A stretch of DNA of 63,746 nt, counting the filler, from Octopus bimaculoides (taxonomy: Eukaryota): NCBI RefSeq assembly GCF_001194135.2. It is 5 parts of 5 records of this genome, joined end to end, with 100 filler letters (N's around TTAATTAATTAA, not from the genome) between each part and the next. Parts side by side here need not be neighbours in the genome. Positions count along the whole stretch, not along the records: positions 59,304 to 63,746 come from NC_068988.1; 4 more parts are not named here. One strand, written 5' to 3'. A program made the position numbers and the translations under genes. Under the pieces are notes generated by a model. That model had not been told where the DNA came from. It did not search any database and saw only the letters and a program-made list of their open reading frames with translations. This document shows positions 61,674-63,746 of the stretch, one piece after another (position 1 is the first letter of the stretch; every line of letters begins with the position of its first letter).

Positions 61674-63715
61674 CAACACAACACAAGGGCTCTCTTAGAG
61701 TTTCTGCCTGCCATTTCAACACACACTCTGTTGGTCACCCTGAGGCTACAGTAGAAGACATTTGTCAAAGATGTCATTGAGGAGGGATGAACTTAAACAC
61801 CATTGTAATGAAATAAATTCTATATCCACACAGTCGTAAACCATTTGTTATTACTCTGCAAAAGGTTGTTGGTTTTATTAATTCTGTCATTTATTTTATT
61901 TAGAATATGATTGCTAGTTAATCCAATATTGCCCTTGGTAGAGTTAATTAATCTGCATTGTGAACTAGAAGGAAGTTCCTGTAATATAAGTTTTATGATT
62001 AGGTTAAACATTCTTATCTAATGTCTAGTTTAGGTTTGTATGCTTTAACTTTTGTATTTTTATTCTATTGTTGATGTTGGTAAAAGTGTGTGAATTAACT
62101 TTTCTGTAAATTTGGGTAATATAATTAAATAACTGTCCTTCATAATAAGAGGGAGAAAAACTGGTTTCAGTGTACCCATTATTACCTAATTCACACTGAC
62201 ATTTTGTTTATCATTAAAGAGACATCATCTGACATCAACAACAACCAGATAGGAGGGATATGTAGTTCATAAGAGGACTCTATCTTCCTGATAGTCACAC
62301 TGTATAAAAAAAATTGTAACACTATAAAGAAGGAGAGTTCAGGTGAAATACACATAGCTGATCAAACTGGTATAGCAATGTAGCGTGGAGTTAAGGATGT
62401 GGGAGGATGTTGCCTGCTTATGTTAACTGGTGAACTTGTGTGTTGAGTTGGGGATGTAAAAGAAAGGATTTGTCTTTCATCTATTAGAAGGAAGGATGTA
62501 GATTGTGATAGTTTGGATCAACTGTTGATGGAAATATTCTGATCTAATGCTGAGCTTGCACCCTATACACAAATATATATCATCACCATTTAACATTCAC
62601 TTTTGCCATGTTTGTATAAGTCAGACAGAAGTTTTGGGAGCAGATTTTCTGTGACAAAACACTCATTGTGTCACCAACCCTCACTTATTTCCAAGCAAGG
62701 TAATATTTCCTCTCGACCAGACATTTTCCAGGGAAGACTAGAAATGAACAACATTGTATGATAGAGAATGCTTGTTTTGTAGCCATCATGTTATGTCATG
62801 ACAAGGGTACACATGAACATGCACACACACACTCTCTTACATATACACACATACACACTCTTACATATACACACATACACTCTCTCTTTCTCTCTATCTC
62901 TCTCTCTCTCTCTCTCTTACACACACATATACACATGATGATATGTTTTTCTCCAATTTCAATCTAGCGAATTTACTCTAAAGGCTTTAGTCAGCCTGAG
63001 CTATAGTAGAGGACACTTGCTCCTGGTGCCATGCAGTGGGACTGAACCCAAGACCACATGGTAGGGAAGCAAGCATCTTAACCACACAGCCATGCCTGTG
63101 CCTATTCTCCATCGTTAACAGCTCACTTACCTGCTCTCACCCCACCTGGCTGAAACCAGTGAAGAGTAGAGGCACCATATTTAAAGAGAACAGTTGTAAT
63201 TATGACTTTATATATGATGAAATAATCATTTCAGTATGAGAATTGTCATACAAACCCATCCAACCTATGCTACAATGAACAGTGAATGTTAAGCCAGCAA
63301 AAATCTATTACATTATTTATCACTACATACTTATAATCTATACCCCCACCACCACCACCATCAAGAAGTCTATTACTGGAGGATTAAATGGTGAACAATG
63401 ACATGCTGCAATATGTTCCTCGGGTCAGATGTTTATATTCCTATCTATTGTAATGAATATTTAACGATTCAGCAGAGTTAATTTCTCTCTCTATCTCTCT
63501 CTCTCTCTCTCACACTGTATATATGTATATAATCTAGCAAGTGGGATCTCATGTCAGTGAGTGGTGCCAGTGCACAATGATGCCGCCGAGAGGTAGGTCC
63601 CGAAACGGCATGCATTCTCTCCTAATGACCCCAGTGTGCAGAGCTTTCGACTGGTAGCACTTGCATGCGCAAATTGTTTGCAAAATATCTATGTATACAT
63701 ACATATGCATGTATA

Positions 63716-63746
<31 letters not shown>

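Noticed and set aside
63540-63625. Structured-RNA-like segment (GGGATCT/AGGTCCC stem followed by GAAAC; ATGCCG/CGGCAT stem)
   Set aside because: No CUGANGA before the stem and no fit to twister or HDV consensus by eye; a cmsearch would be needed.

Overview
AT-rich, microsatellite- and repeat-saturated eukaryotic draft-assembly DNA with about 25 N gaps. The SINE families and simple-repeat density look like an octopus genome (inference from recalled repeat consensus; no search was run). No intact protein-coding gene could be supported: the long ORFs in the track come from microsatellites, N gaps or decayed transposons. Supported content: one intact tRNA-Glu(CTC) and a damaged copy; at least four tRNA-derived SINE families; mariner, maT/DD37D and Tigger/pogo remnants; RTE and R4/Dong-like LINE fragments; a TIR element with a SAP/SWIM-type ORF; and a decayed single-ORF zinc-knuckle retroelement. 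The most interesting signals are three copies of a repeat carrying a minimal type-I hammerhead ribozyme motif (Penelope/retrozyme-like), further hammerhead-like motifs in unrelated flanks, a tight inverted SINE pair, SINE tandem chains, a twin-priming-like RTE inversion and the ORF1-only element next to a tRNA gene. None is shown here to be new to science; each needs the checks listed.
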